Assembly (NCBI GenBank): GCA_963801355.1
Contig: CAWDEM010000008.1
Coordinates: forward strand, 768,001-832,000
Direction: 5' to 3'
DNA: 64,000 bases
Origin: Ignavibacteriota bacterium
Lineage (GTDB): Bacteria > Bacteroidota > Ignavibacteria > UBA10030 > UBA6906
Shown here: positions 1-10,447 of the stretch, in pieces
Numbering within the stretch: the stretch's first letter is position 1
Layout of the letters: the number at the start of each line of letters is the position of its first letter
The notes under the pieces: generated by a model
What the model saw: only the letters and a program-made list of their open reading frames with translations
What the model was told of the DNA's origin: nothing
Databases searched by the model: none
Made by a program: the position numbers and the translations under genes

Positions 1-196
1 CGTTGGAATCGTAGAAGGTTTGAGGATAGATCTGGTAGAAGACCGCCGAGTGGACCCAGGGAGGACACGAAGGAGGTACTTCAGGACTTGGAGCCCCAAT
101 CGCCCGGGAGGGCACATGCACATTGGCACATACAATCAACACTGCTGCGGTAGCCACCCTTGCAACGAAGGCGCGACATTCGTGACCGCTAAACAT
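1..196 (-). CDS. GH13 alpha-amylase/alpha-glucosidase family protein, N-terminal part (runs off window)
   Basis: Manual translation MFSGHECR...PWVHSAVFYQIYPQTFYDSN; the W..AVFYQIYP..F.DSN motif is typical of GH13; signal-peptide-like N-terminus. Confidence 0.8.
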   Translation of the reverse strand, partial: MFSGHECRAFVARVATAAVLIVCANVHVPSRAIGAPSPEVPPSCPPWVHSAVFYQIYPQTFYDSN

Positions 197-332
197 GCGA
201 GTTCTCCATGGCTGTGACTCTTCAAAAATCTGACCGCAATGAAAATAGGAAAACCCGACTACAATCGCTACTTGACCACCTGCTCACGGGAGTGCGGTTT
301 TCAATTGGTCAAGAGTCGCACGCGTAATGTCC

Positions 333-770
333 TCAACGAACGGGGACGGAGATTGTAACAAGCGTGTCCTGGGGAACGCCGCCGACGATCCTTGGAGAGT
401 ATTTCCATTGAATCACCGCCTTGAGTACTGCTTTGTTGAAATAGGGGCTGCCGCTTGATACGATCCATGCCCTCTTGACATTCCCTCGCTTCGTGACCAC
501 TGCATTCACTATTATTGGTGTGAACTCTCGGGGAGATCTGCCCGCGGGCGGAATTGCCTGAGCCATGAAAACCGGGAAAGGTTCGGCATCTATGATCGTA
601 GAATCAGTAAGCTTGTAACTCATCATGGTGTCTTCTCCCATCAGCTCAACCCATTCGTCTGTCAACTTCACCATCAGTCTCTCCTTGGGGGCGGGTTGTG
701 CAACCGCGGAGCCGAGCGGTACGATGAGAAGCGTAATGAAGACACCCAGCATCAAAGAGCGTGCGTTCAT
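333..770 (-). CDS. TonB C-terminal domain protein
   Basis: GGAGGG RBS before ATG 770; signal peptide; VTKRGNV...SSG...FNKAVLKAVIQWKYSP matches the TonB_C pattern. Confidence 0.75.
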   Translation of the reverse strand: MNARSLMLGVFITLLIVPLGSAVAQPAPKERLMVKLTDEWVELMGEDTMMSYKLTDSTIIDAEPFPVFMAQAIPPAGRSPREFTPIIVNAVVTKRGNVKRAWIVSSGSPYFNKAVLKAVIQWKYSPRIVGGVPQDTLVTISVPVR

Positions 771-1230
771 AGGTCCCTCCTTCAGTTGACGTATCGACTC
801 GTCCTCCATCCCATAAGCCACAAGTACGCTTCTTCTTTGTACAGGTCGATTGAGGCACCTCAGAAACTTCTCGTCCCTTCTGTGAAGCATCCAAGCTGAT
901 CAGGCATCCTGCTAAGGACATGTCAGAGCAGTTCTGAGTTCTGTGCTGCGTATTCAGGGAAGACGATGATCCATGTTAGACAGTTGTGGATAGCGCGAAT
1001 CGGTGTTTGAGGCTTGTCAGCCAATGGGTCGTCGGGTGGGCGCTACAACGAGGGAACCGAAACAGTGTCCAGACTGGCGGCTCGATGGCTGGGGAAGCCA
1101 TCGTGCTCTCCTCTCCCGGAAATATATGCTACCGGTGGAGCAAAGTCAATATGCATCAACTCGGGGAGTGTTCGAATGTTCGAACTGCCGCCGTGTGTTC
1201 TAGCAGAAAATAGCACGATTCAGGAACGTA

Positions 1231-1824
1231 TCAGCCGCCACGTTTGTAAAAGCTTGTCCAACCTTTACTCCGGATCATCGAGCCGCCGGGAATCAACCGC
1301 GCCGTCATGCTCGCCGCCAGTAAATCTCCGGATCCGAGCAGCGCGTTGAGAACCGAAATGTAGCCCAACAATAGTGACGCTGTCTGTGTCACAGCGGCAT
1401 AAAGAAGCGGTAGTATGCTGATTACAACAAATGGCATAATCAGAATAATCAGGCATCGGGTTTTCGTCAGGGCCCCAGTGAAAATTGTGTATACGAACAT
1501 TTTTGAAGCGAAGAAGCCAATCACTGTTTCTTTGGAGAGCCCGAATTGTGGATGGAGGCTAGCATGGATGAGTTCATGCACAACAATCACTCCGACAATA
1601 GTAACCGCATTTCTGAGGATTGGAGGCGGAAAAGTCAGTGTTCCCAGAGAATAACGAACCGGTGTAAGGAGCATCCAGAGAAGGGCGAATACGCCAGTGG
1701 TGATTATTGCTATCGGAATCGCCCTTAGCTGAAAGCCCCACATTGACGGTTCCTGCAACACGGTCCAGTTGTCGTCAGGTGTGAACTCAGGTACTTCTGG
1801 AAGGGGTCCAAGTTTAAAGGTCAT
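1231..1824 (-). CDS. DUF3267-like membrane zincin metallopeptidase
   Basis: HELIH motif, several TM helices, NALLGSGD motif; GGAGG RBS. Confidence 0.75.
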   Translation of the reverse strand: MTFKLGPLPEVPEFTPDDNWTVLQEPSMWGFQLRAIPIAIITTGVFALLWMLLTPVRYSLGTLTFPPPILRNAVTIVGVIVVHELIHASLHPQFGLSKETVIGFFASKMFVYTIFTGALTKTRCLIILIMPFVVISILPLLYAAVTQTASLLLGYISVLNALLGSGDLLAASMTARLIPGGSMIRSKGWTSFYKRGG

Positions 1825-1980
1825 ACGACCTCCGGCTCAGGCAACCCAATTGACATTTTGCCGCCGCGGGTGGGTTATTCTGTGCATGATACCAAGCGTA
1901 ATTCAGGGAATCAAGGCTTGTTGAATCACAGCTAGAATGTATGATTTCAGCACGATTTGGGAGATCCTGCCCTCTCCATT

Positions 1981-2079
1981 GTCTCATGTGATGGTCTCAC
2001 GTGATCATGGGGTATCGTGTGATCATGGGGTCTCGTGTGATCATGGGGTCTCATGTGAACATGGGGTTTCATGTGATCA
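1981..2079. repeat. 18-bp tandem repeat, about 4.8 copies plus a partial lead copy
   Basis: Units of about GTCTCRTGTGATCATGGG start at 1994, 2012, 2030, 2048 and 2066. Confidence 0.9.
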
Positions 2080-2171
2080 ATTCGTGTATTTGACTCTTGC
2101 CCTTTCCCACCGTATCTTTGCCCCAGGCCAGCTGCTCGTTCTTAGCCGACGCGTACTCCTCTGGAGGCTTC

Positions 2172-4553
2172 ATGGTCGGCACCACCGTCTTCCACTACAA
2201 GATCCTCGAGCACCTCGGCGGGGGGGGCATGGGCGTTGTCTACAAAGCCCAGGACCTCAAACTCGACCGCAACGTCGCACTCAAGTTTCTTCCTCCGGAC
2301 TTGACGCGCGATCCCGAAGCCAGACTCCGTTTTATCCACGAAGCCAAAGCGGCGTCTGCCCTCCAGCACGAAAGCATAGGCGTTATCCATGATATCGATC
2401 AAACCCCCGATGGTCAGACGTTCATCGTGCTGGAGTACTACGACGGGAAGACCATCAAGAAGGAGATAGCCCGCGGGTTGCTCCCGATTGACCGGGCCAT
2501 AGACATTGCCATCCAGGTGGGAGAGGGGCTGGCGGAGGCACACCGCCACGGCATCGTGCACCGTGACATCAAGCCCGCCAATATCATGCTGACTCCTCAG
2601 GGAAAGGCAAGGATTGTGGATTTCGGGCTGGCGCTTCTGACGGGAGCGACCAGAGTAACCTCGGATGGCCGCAGGGTCGGGACCGTCACGCACATGTCTC
2701 CGGAGCAAGCGCGGGGAGATCCGGTTGATCACCGGACCGACATCTGGTCGTTCGGCGTGCTCCTGTATGAAATGATTTCCGGGCGGCTTCCCTTCGACAG
2801 TTCCTACGAACAGGCGATTGTGTACTCCATTCTCAACGCAGATCCGCCGCTCCTTTCCTCTTTGAGGCCGGAAGTTCCCGCCCGGCTTGACGACATTGTT
2901 CGGAAAGCACTCGCCAAGGACGCTGGCTCTCGATACCAGAGCATCATGGACATGGTGGAGGACCTCCGTCAGATCAGAAGCCAATCATCGGGGACCGGTA
3001 CCGCGCGCCGCTTTGCCGGCGCGTCCGCAACATCGGCGAAAAGGCGTCGGTGGCTGATCGGCACTGGTGCGGCTGCACTGGTCCTCGCTGCCGCAGCTTT
3101 CTGGTACTTCCAGAGTCCTCCATCACCCCAGAATGCAGAGAAGAACCAACTTGCCCTGCAGCTCCTGACAGTTCGCAATGAGAGTCACGATTCCCGGGGG
3201 GATGATTGGGCTCGACTCGTTGAGCACACCTACCTTCCCACGCAACTGGCCGACAAGCAGGATGTCCTCGTCTTCCATGAAGCATCCTCAAGAGCCGATT
3301 TCGATCTCAGCGGAGAAATTGTACGGGCGGAATCAGCATTCGTTCTACAGCTCAGACTTCAGGAACCCGAGTCCGGAAGGCTGCGATATGTCGCGACTGC
3401 ATCGTTCAGGCACCCCGATGAACTCGAAAATGCCACGTCAACCGTGTCCCGCAATATTCTTTGGTTCCTGGAAATCCGGGTGTTGAATCGGGACCTGGAC
3501 CCCTGGATGCCACGCACGCTCTCCGACAGCACAACGATTGCGTTTCTTAAGGCGATGACGTACTCCCTTAGCGGCGAGCGCGGGGGGGGAGTATATCTCT
3601 ACGAAGCCATCAGGCTTGATTCGTCGTTTGTCGCTCCGCGTGTCTGGCTGATTCCGGATCTCGTCGGGAGAAGCGAGAAAGCAGACCATGACGAAGCGCA
3701 AAAACACTATCGTGTTCTCCAGTCGTTGAAATCCGGAGTAACTCCCTTTGAGCTGGCCATGATCGAGCTCGCGGGGTGCTACCTGTATGGCAATCTTCAA
3801 TGTCGCGTCACGGCTCTGGAAAAGGGGTTGCGGTTTGCGCCCGGCAACAGAATTGTTCTCGCGAACCTGGGACTGGGTTACGTCAGGCTGGAGAAATTTG
3901 AAGAGGCTGCCGAAGCATATGATCCCGTCGTGCAATCGCATATGGCCTACCCCCCGGCGTACCCTGAATATGCGCGCGTGCTGATCAAGCTAAAGCGGTT
4001 TGACGACGCACGCGCAGTCCTCGACAAGGCCCTTTCTATCCGTCCGGTCGACCCCGATACCTATAGCGTTCTCGCGGCGTTTGCCTGGAAGAATGGGGAC
4101 TCGGCGGAGGCCAGACAATATGAGCTGAGATCCCTTGAGGGCTTGAAGAACAGGAAGGGAACGTGGGGAGATGTGTGCGAGTCCCTGGGCAGAATTCTTC
4201 TGGACATGGACGAGCCGGCTCTCAGCGCGATGTTTTTGCATGATGCCGTTGTCGAGAAACCCGGCGTTGCATCGGCCCGAGCTGCCCTCGCCCGTGCGCT
4301 GACCCGGACAGGAGATCTGGCGGGTGGGGAGTTGGAAGCGGAGTCGGCCCTCAGGCTGAACGGTTCCTGCTCCGAGGCGCACGCTTTGTTGGGCCAGCTC
4401 TACCTGGAACGCGGATCGCTCGATCAGGCGCGAGCCCATATTCGGAAGTATCTGGATCTGGATTCCGTAACAGTCACAGCCCTGAACTTTCAACGCAAAC
4501 TCGGCGCGATCGAATCGACGCTCGGTTCTCGTGCGGCGGACGCACAACAATGA
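2172..4553 (+). CDS. Hanks-type Ser/Thr protein kinase with single TM helix and TPR-rich C-terminal domain
   Basis: GGGGMG, VALK, HRDIKPAN, DFG, SPEQ and DIWSFG motifs; TM RRRWLIGTGAAALVLAAAAFWYF; TPR-like helices; GGAGG before ATG 2172. Confidence 0.95.
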   Translation: MVGTTVFHYKILEHLGGGGMGVVYKAQDLKLDRNVALKFLPPDLTRDPEARLRFIHEAKAASALQHESIGVIHDIDQTPDGQTFIVLEYYDGKTIKKEIARGLLPIDRAIDIAIQVGEGLAEAHRHGIVHRDIKPANIMLTPQGKARIVDFGLALLTGATRVTSDGRRVGTVTHMSPEQARGDPVDHRTDIWSFGVLLYEMISGRLPFDSSYEQAIVYSILNADPPLLSSLRPEVPARLDDIVRKALAKDAGSRYQSIMDMVEDLRQIRSQSSGTGTARRFAGASATSAKRRRWLIGTGAAALVLAAAAFWYFQSPPSPQNAEKNQLALQLLTVRNESHDSRGDDWARLVEHTYLPTQLADKQDVLVFHEASSRADFDLSGEIVRAESAFVLQLRLQEPESGRLRYVATASFRHPDELENATSTVSRNILWFLEIRVLNRDLDPWMPRTLSDSTTIAFLKAMTYSLSGERGGGVYLYEAIRLDSSFVAPRVWLIPDLVGRSEKADHDEAQKHYRVLQSLKSGVTPFELAMIELAGCYLYGNLQCRVTALEKGLRFAPGNRIVLANLGLGYVRLEKFEEAAEAYDPVVQSHMAYPPAYPEYARVLIKLKRFDDARAVLDKALSIRPVDPDTYSVLAAFAWKNGDSAEARQYELRSLEGLKNRKGTWGDVCESLGRILLDMDEPALSAMFLHDAVVEKPGVASARAALARALTRTGDLAGGELEAESALRLNGSCSEAHALLGQLYLERGSLDQARAHIRKYLDLDSVTVTALNFQRKLGAIESTLGSRAADAQQ

Positions 4554-4716
4554 ATGATCTCACGGTCTCCCCTTCTCGAGCGACATACAGGAAGAACGGC
4601 ACCCGTCAAATCATACACCTTTTGATGCTGGACCCGATCGTGAAGTAAAAACATTCACCCACTGTTCGAAGTCTTAGCGCGAACAGTATTTCTCAGTATT
4701 CTCACAGGAGGTCTAT

Positions 4717-5010
4717 ATGCGCCATACCAATCCAGTCGAACGCGCGATTCAAGCAGCGCTCAATGATATTAACCTTCTGCGAGTGCTCGTACGGGCGACG
4801 AGTGACTCTGAGGCCAATGAGGTTCTCAGTGAATACAACCCGAAACTCAAACTCCGCGGTAATGACGTGAAGGCGTTCTTTGATACTCTGAAGGATGGCA
4901 GGTCATGCATAACCGCAGCGGAACTTGTCGACTTGTACGATGGCCTCCAGCCTCCCAAACGCCCAAAGGCAATACGTGGTAAGGAGGGGGAGTGGGTACC
5001 CCGGGGATGA
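4717..5010 (+). CDS. 97-aa hypothetical protein, candidate peptide precursor
   Basis: Strong CAGGAGGT RBS; only Trp is in the C-terminal EGEWVPRG; 3 bp from the next gene. Confidence 0.75.
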   Translation: MRHTNPVERAIQAALNDINLLRVLVRATSDSEANEVLSEYNPKLKLRGNDVKAFFDTLKDGRSCITAAELVDLYDGLQPPKRPKAIRGKEGEWVPRG

Positions 5011-5013
5011 GGA

Positions 5014-5958
5014 GTGGTCACGCCTGCTGAGCAGCTGGAGCAATTCGTGGGGACATGGGACCCCTCGCTTGCGCGGGAGTTCCGCCAGTATGACCGTCTC
5101 CTTCGGGCAAAAGCCCGCCCCCCGCCGTGTGGATGGGGCCAGAAAGGAATCGAGCCCTACTGGAAGGAGCTTCCGCGATGGCTGGTCGAGCGGAGAAGCA
5201 ACGGGCGGCAAGCAGGGTCCAAAGGGTTTCTTGACACTGTCATCTGGGGGCAGACTGCCCTTTTCTATGCTGTGCGTCTCCAGGACGATCTGTTAGACCG
5301 AGATCTTCCACGTGCTCCACTTGTGCTGGCTCCCCTCCTCTTCCTGTCGGAAGCAGATCGGACCTACGCTTCGATCATCGACACGAAATCTGCTTTCTGG
5401 AACCACTATCGCCTGGCGCTCCAGACCACGCTGGCAGGAATCGCCCGGGTTGCAGGATTGCAGCGGAACCCTGAGGCGCCTGCCGATGAACTGCTGCAGT
5501 GCTACGGGAACGTTGACGCTATCTTCTCGGTCGGTTCCGCGGCGGTCTGCGAACGGATGGGAACGGCTGAAAACATCCCCCATGTCAATGAGTTTGTGAG
5601 TGAGCTGGGGAAAGTCCTCCTTGCGCTTGACGACGCTGAGGATATCGAAGAAGATCTTCTGGATAGCCGCCTGAACTATCCCGCCCGGATACTTCTCGAG
5701 GGGAGAATTGCGGGTGGAGCTGATCCCTCTCTCCTTGCAGAAACCTGGCGTGTGCACGCACGCCCGGAAGGCCTCGATGAGATCAGGAAGGCACTCCTTG
5801 GATGCCTGAGCCGGGCCGCCGACGCAATCGCCCCCCTCGGGCTCAAGCCTGCGATGGATCTGATCGCGACGACGAGGGGCGAGGTCCAGGACCTCCGGAT
5901 TCACTTCAAAACCAACATACGTTTTGTCGATACGAAGTCTCCTGCTTGGAGACGATAG
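5014..5958 (+). CDS. Class I isoprenoid-synthase-fold enzyme (prenyltransferase-like)
   Basis: Two Asp-rich motifs, LQDDLLD and LDDAEDIEED, in a helical-looking protein. Confidence 0.7.
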   Translation: MVTPAEQLEQFVGTWDPSLAREFRQYDRLLRAKARPPPCGWGQKGIEPYWKELPRWLVERRSNGRQAGSKGFLDTVIWGQTALFYAVRLQDDLLDRDLPRAPLVLAPLLFLSEADRTYASIIDTKSAFWNHYRLALQTTLAGIARVAGLQRNPEAPADELLQCYGNVDAIFSVGSAAVCERMGTAENIPHVNEFVSELGKVLLALDDAEDIEEDLLDSRLNYPARILLEGRIAGGADPSLLAETWRVHARPEGLDEIRKALLGCLSRAADAIAPLGLKPAMDLIATTRGEVQDLRIHFKTNIRFVDTKSPAWRR

Positions 5959-7172
5959 AAATACATTCCGCTGGCAAGTCCGGCGGCGTCAAAGCTCACC
6001 GAGTGGTAGCCTGCATCTTTCGCGTCATTCACCAGTACTGCTACTTCACGACCGAGTACGTCACACACGCCGAGTTTCACGTATGAGGCTCGCGGCAGCT
6101 CGTACCGGATGGTGGTGCTCGGGTTAAAAGGATTGGGGTAGTTCGAGAGCAAGCGGTAGGTGTCCGGCGCTCCCGCCGCTGGATCGGATGTCGAAGTGGG
6201 AGAACCCCATCCACCATTCACGGTACGGACGACAATGCCGCGATAGCCGACCGCCCAACCTCTGCTCGTGTCCAGAAAGCACACTGCGCGCAGGTCCAGC
6301 GTGGTGTTGCTCTGCTGCAGTACCCAGGTTCCCCCGTTGTCTCTTGTTCTGTAGATCTTGCCGCCTGATCCGATCAGCGTCCCGACTGCAGGGTCCTTGA
6401 ACGACATCCCTTGAACCGACACCGGGATGGGCGATACTCCTTTCCACGTAGCACCGCCATTCGTCGTGCGATAAATTGAATCTCCCGCGGCGTAGCCAAT
6501 GCTCGCGTTGGGAAATGAAACCGCGGTCACAACGCGGCTGGGTGAATACATCACCGTGTCCCAGCTTCCTCCCCCGTCTGTGGTCCTAAGGACGACACCC
6601 TGGTTGCTCGGTCGCAAATTGTTTCCCCCCACAACAATCCATGTGTCTCCGCTCACGGGGGCTACCCCGAAAAAATTCAGTTCGTAAGGACCAAAGGAGT
6701 TGGAGAGAATGGACCATTTGGCGCCGCCGTCCGTCAAGCTGACAATAGTCTTATACATACCGACCGCCATCCCCACATTGCCGGAGAAATCGACCGCCCG
6801 GAGAACAGTAGAATACACATAGAGCGAATCATAGATCCATGTCTGCCCTGCATCGGTGGTTCGAAAGGTTGAGCTGCCCACCGCCACCCATCTGCTCGAA
6901 TCGAAGCAGTGCACGGCCGTGAAAGAGTTCTCTTGTCCGTACAAGCCGTACGCAGTTCCCAGAGGCAGCCAGGTCTTCCCTCCGTCAGTTGTCCGTTTGG
7001 CTGAATCGCCAACGAGAACACCTGCGTTAGCGCTTGTGAACTCCACTCCCCACAGATTGCCGATTGTTTGTATGTGGATGGTGTCCCTTACCCACCCCTG
7101 TTGCGCTTGGGATTCACGAGAAATCAGCAGCGAGCAGAAGAGTACGGTCATGAGGAAGAAGTGGGGTTTCAT
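5901..7172 (-). CDS. YCF48/BNR-repeat beta-propeller protein with T9SS type A sorting domain
   Basis: Repeated RTTDGGxTW Asp-boxes; C-terminal NYPNPFNPSTTIRY...SGMYFYRL; signal peptide; GGAGG RBS. Confidence 0.92.
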   Translation of the reverse strand: MKPHFFLMTVLFCSLLISRESQAQQGWVRDTIHIQTIGNLWGVEFTSANAGVLVGDSAKRTTDGGKTWLPLGTAYGLYGQENSFTAVHCFDSSRWVAVGSSTFRTTDAGQTWIYDSLYVYSTVLRAVDFSGNVGMAVGMYKTIVSLTDGGAKWSILSNSFGPYELNFFGVAPVSGDTWIVVGGNNLRPSNQGVVLRTTDGGGSWDTVMYSPSRVVTAVSFPNASIGYAAGDSIYRTTNGGATWKGVSPIPVSVQGMSFKDPAVGTLIGSGGKIYRTRDNGGTWVLQQSNTTLDLRAVCFLDTSRGWAVGYRGIVVRTVNGGWGSPTSTSDPAAGAPDTYRLLSNYPNPFNPSTTIRYELPRASYVKLGVCDVLGREVAVLVNDAKDAGYHSVSFDAAGLASGMYFYRLQAGDFVSTKRMLVLK

Positions 7173-7348
7173 ACAACCTCCCTCTTTTGCTGTTGTGGAG
7201 GAATTGCGGGATAGAGTCGATATCTTGATGATCCGGGGTGATTCGCCGGTCCCGGTTCTTCATGTGGAGAGACTGTTTCACCCGGGTCACCATGCTGTTC
7301 TTTGGTCGAAATATATCCCGCCGTTCAGGCAAAGTCAATTCCTTGGAG

Positions 7349-7376
7349 GGCTCACTTTGACAGGCTCACTTTGACA
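7349..7376. repeat. Perfect 14-bp tandem duplication GGCTCACTTTGACA x2
   Basis: Read directly from the sequence; lies in a divergent intergenic region; each copy contains TTGACA. Confidence 0.85.
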
Positions 7377-7472
7377 AGCGCAACGCAGGGGGGGGTGGGG
7401 GTCTGATAGCCGTTGTCTTTCACGTTGCCCTTTTGTACCTTCACGCTGCCATTCTCCGAAAAGGATTCCACT

Positions 7473-9582
7473 ATGAAGAGACTCACGTTCATCTTCGTGA
7501 TCGCTGTTTCACTTTGTCTCCTCGGCTGCACACGGCCGGAGCCTCCCAAGATCAAGAAGGTTCCGAGGGAATTTGTTGAGTTCGGGAGCAAGCGCGTCGA
7601 CGACTATTACTGGCTGAACAACCGAGCCGACAGCGCGGTCATTTGGCACCTTCGCGCCGAAAATGCCTATGCGGAGGCGATGCTTAAGCACACAGAAGAT
7701 CTCCAGAAGGTAATCTACAACGAACTTGTCGCGCGCATCGAACAGAATTACGAATCGCTACCTACCAAAGAGAATGGATACTGGTACTACGTTCGTTACG
7801 AGGAGGGAAAGCAGTATCCCTTCTACTGCCGCAAAAAGGGGAATCTCGCCGCCGGCGAGGAAGTCTTTCTCAATGTCCCCCAGATGGCCACCGGACACCA
7901 GATCTTCATGATCCGGGGATATTCGGTGAGCCCGCGGAATACCTTGCTCGCATATGGAATCGACACGACGGGAGATCGCCAGTGTGCACTCTACATAAAA
8001 CACATCACGACGTCAACACTTTTCCCGGAAGCCATTTCCAACACCAGCGGCAACTACGAATGGGCGAATGACGACTCTACTCTTTTCTATGTCGTCAACG
8101 ACCACACCGTCCGCGCCTACAAGGTCATGAGACATACAGCAGGCACCGACCCTGCTTCAGACCGGGAAGTGTACCGTGAACCGGACAGCACATTCGATGT
8201 CTCTCTTTCAACCACGCGCGACCATAAGTTCATCTTCATCGCGTGCAGCAGCACGCTCACAAGTGAATGGCACTACGTTGTCGCAGACCGACCCGATGCC
8301 CAGCCTGTCCTTATCCAGCGGCGCCAGCATGATGTTCTCTACAGCCTCGAAGACTATGAGGGCGATCAGTTTTTCATACACACAAACAAGGATGCCAGGA
8401 ACTTCAAGCTCGTCCGCGCACCGATCCGCAATCCCGGGATGAAGAACTGGAAAGACGTTATTCCGCACCGGACCGATGCATTACTGCAGCAAGTCGTCGT
8501 GTTTACAGGGTACATCGTGGCGCAACAAATGATCGGAGGCCTGAGCCAAATCCAGGTCATCGATCGCAAGACCCGGCAGTCGCATTACGTGGACTTTGCC
8601 TGAGCAGGCATATGTTGCGTCCGTGTACCCGGCCACCGATGCGTACACGCTTGACAGCATACGCTACAGCTACACTTCGCTCACTTCGCCGCGGTCGGAT
8701 TACATGTACAACCTTGCATCACGGGAGAAGGTGCTACTTAAACAGCAAAAGGTGGGCGGAGGCTACGATGCTACGCTTTACGCGACCAGAAGGGTCCTGG
8801 CATCGGCAGTAGACGGCGTGAGGGTTCCGATCAGCATTGTTTACAAGGGGTCTCTCTTCAAGCACGACGGCTCCAACCCGATGCTCCTTTACGCGTACGG
8901 TTCGTATGGTGCAAGCAGTGACCCATATTTCAACTCGTCGGTCATCAGCCTGCTCGATCGTGGATTCGTGTACGGCATCGCGCACATACGCGGGGGACAG
9001 GAGATGGGACGGCAGTGGTATGAGGAAGGAAGACTACTGAAGAAGAAGAATACATTCACCGACTTCATTGCCTGCGCACAATACCTGGTGAATGAGAAAT
9101 TCACGTCGAAGGAAAGGCTCTTTGCCAACGGTGCGAGTGCCGGAGGGATGCTCATGGGAGCCGTCACCAATATGCGGCCTGACCTCTTTCGGGGAGTGCT
9201 GGCTGAAGTACCATGGACGGACGTGATCACCGACAGCGAGAATCCTGACCTTCCGCTCACTACGCTCGAGTACGACGAGTGGGGACGTCCGGACATCAAG
9301 GAGCAGTACGAGTATATGTTGAGCTGGTCGCCCTACGACAACGTGAAGGATGCCGCATATCCCGCAATTCTTGCCACCGGCGGATTGAATGACACCCAGG
9401 TTCCCTATTTCTCTCCTGCCAAGTGGGTGGCGAAGATACGGGAGCACAACACAGGCAAGAATCCCGTCATATTCAAGGTAAACATGGGGGCAGGGCATTC
9501 AGGAGAGTCCGGCCGCTTCGAACGCCAGAAGTTGATGGCGTTGAAATATGCGTTCATTGTGGATCTGGTGGGGATGAAATAG
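7473..9582 (+). pseudogene. ptrB: Oligopeptidase B (S9A) lipoprotein split by a +1 frameshift near 8598 (pseudogene or sequencing error)
   Basis: LLGC lipobox, RVDDYYWL, YGSYG, HIRGG, GASAGG and AGH motifs; GTG GAC TTT g CCT GAG joins YVDF-PEQAY if one G is removed. Confidence 0.88.
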
Positions 9583-9617
9583 GCTGCGGTTTAAGAAGAC
9601 AGTTTCCTGCGCGGAAC

Positions 9618-10418
9618 CTATGGATTGGAAACTGTGTTGACGGATTTCTCTTTGCGATATTCAGACTGTACGACTTCCGTTCCGTAAATTCTCTCAAGTC
9701 GACGAACCGTGAAATGGCCTCTCGCCATGTCTTGAAAATGGTTGATGAAGGCCAGATTGATGAGAGCGCCGCCCACAGCGCCGACTGCAGGGACGGCTTG
9801 TGCCGCAGCCTTCTCTGAGACAGTAGCACCGAAACGGGAAGCGATTTGTGAGATCAAACGGACAATTGCTGGCGCCCCTTCCTTTGCAAGTCCTCGCTCT
9901 GCGATGAACTCGGCCGCCTCGGAAACAGCCTTAGCAAGAGCAGCTCGTACAGCGAAGTATCCCGATTCGGCTGCATCATCTTTCGATGTTCGACCACCCA
10001 GTGCGAATACCTCAACGCATGCAAGCTTTGATTCGGCCAAACGTAGATCTTCGCCTTCGCTACGAGCAATGTCAGCTATGGATCTAAGCATGATTGTCGT
10101 GGAGACCGGGAGTTCAATCAGCAACGCAGGGAGTCCAAAGGCGCCCCCTCCTGCGCCGGTTGCGGTTGCTGCGATCTTGTGCCAAATATCACTCGATGCC
10201 ATTGGACCATTCCGACCAAAGGTCATAAGAGCGGCATCAAGAGCAGTCTGTAAAGACTTTTTTGTCGCATCGTTGATGAGTTGAGACCATTTGGCCGGAA
10301 GCAATTCCATCCCCTTCGCCAGTGGTTTGCCTATAGCATTTGTTATCTTTGCGGTGAGGCCTGGATTTTCAAGAAGCTGCTTCGCTCTCCGCAACTGTTC
10401 GATATGTTCTGGTGTCAT
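9618..10418 (-). CDS. EcsC family protein
   Basis: TGAGGGAFGLPALLIELPVSTTIMLRSIADIARSEGEDL and GHFTVRRLERIYG motifs. Confidence 0.85.
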   Translation of the reverse strand: MTPEHIEQLRRAKQLLENPGLTAKITNAIGKPLAKGMELLPAKWSQLINDATKKSLQTALDAALMTFGRNGPMASSDIWHKIAATATGAGGGAFGLPALLIELPVSTTIMLRSIADIARSEGEDLRLAESKLACVEVFALGGRTSKDDAAESGYFAVRAALAKAVSEAAEFIAERGLAKEGAPAIVRLISQIASRFGATVSEKAAAQAVPAVGAVGGALINLAFINHFQDMARGHFTVRRLERIYGTEVVQSEYRKEKSVNTVSNP

Positions 10419-10447
10419 ATTGTCTCCTTTGCCCCGGGAGTCCTGCG

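Noticed and set aside
1937-2392. 151-aa ORF with VSCDHG repeats; also considered as a CRISPR array
   Set aside because: It is only the translation of the 18-bp DNA repeat, overlaps the kinase out of frame, and has no spacers or cas genes
5901-5958. Tail-to-tail overlap of the prenyltransferase-like and T9SS genes as antisense regulation
   Set aside because: Short convergent overlaps are common (another at 22180-22202); no further evidence
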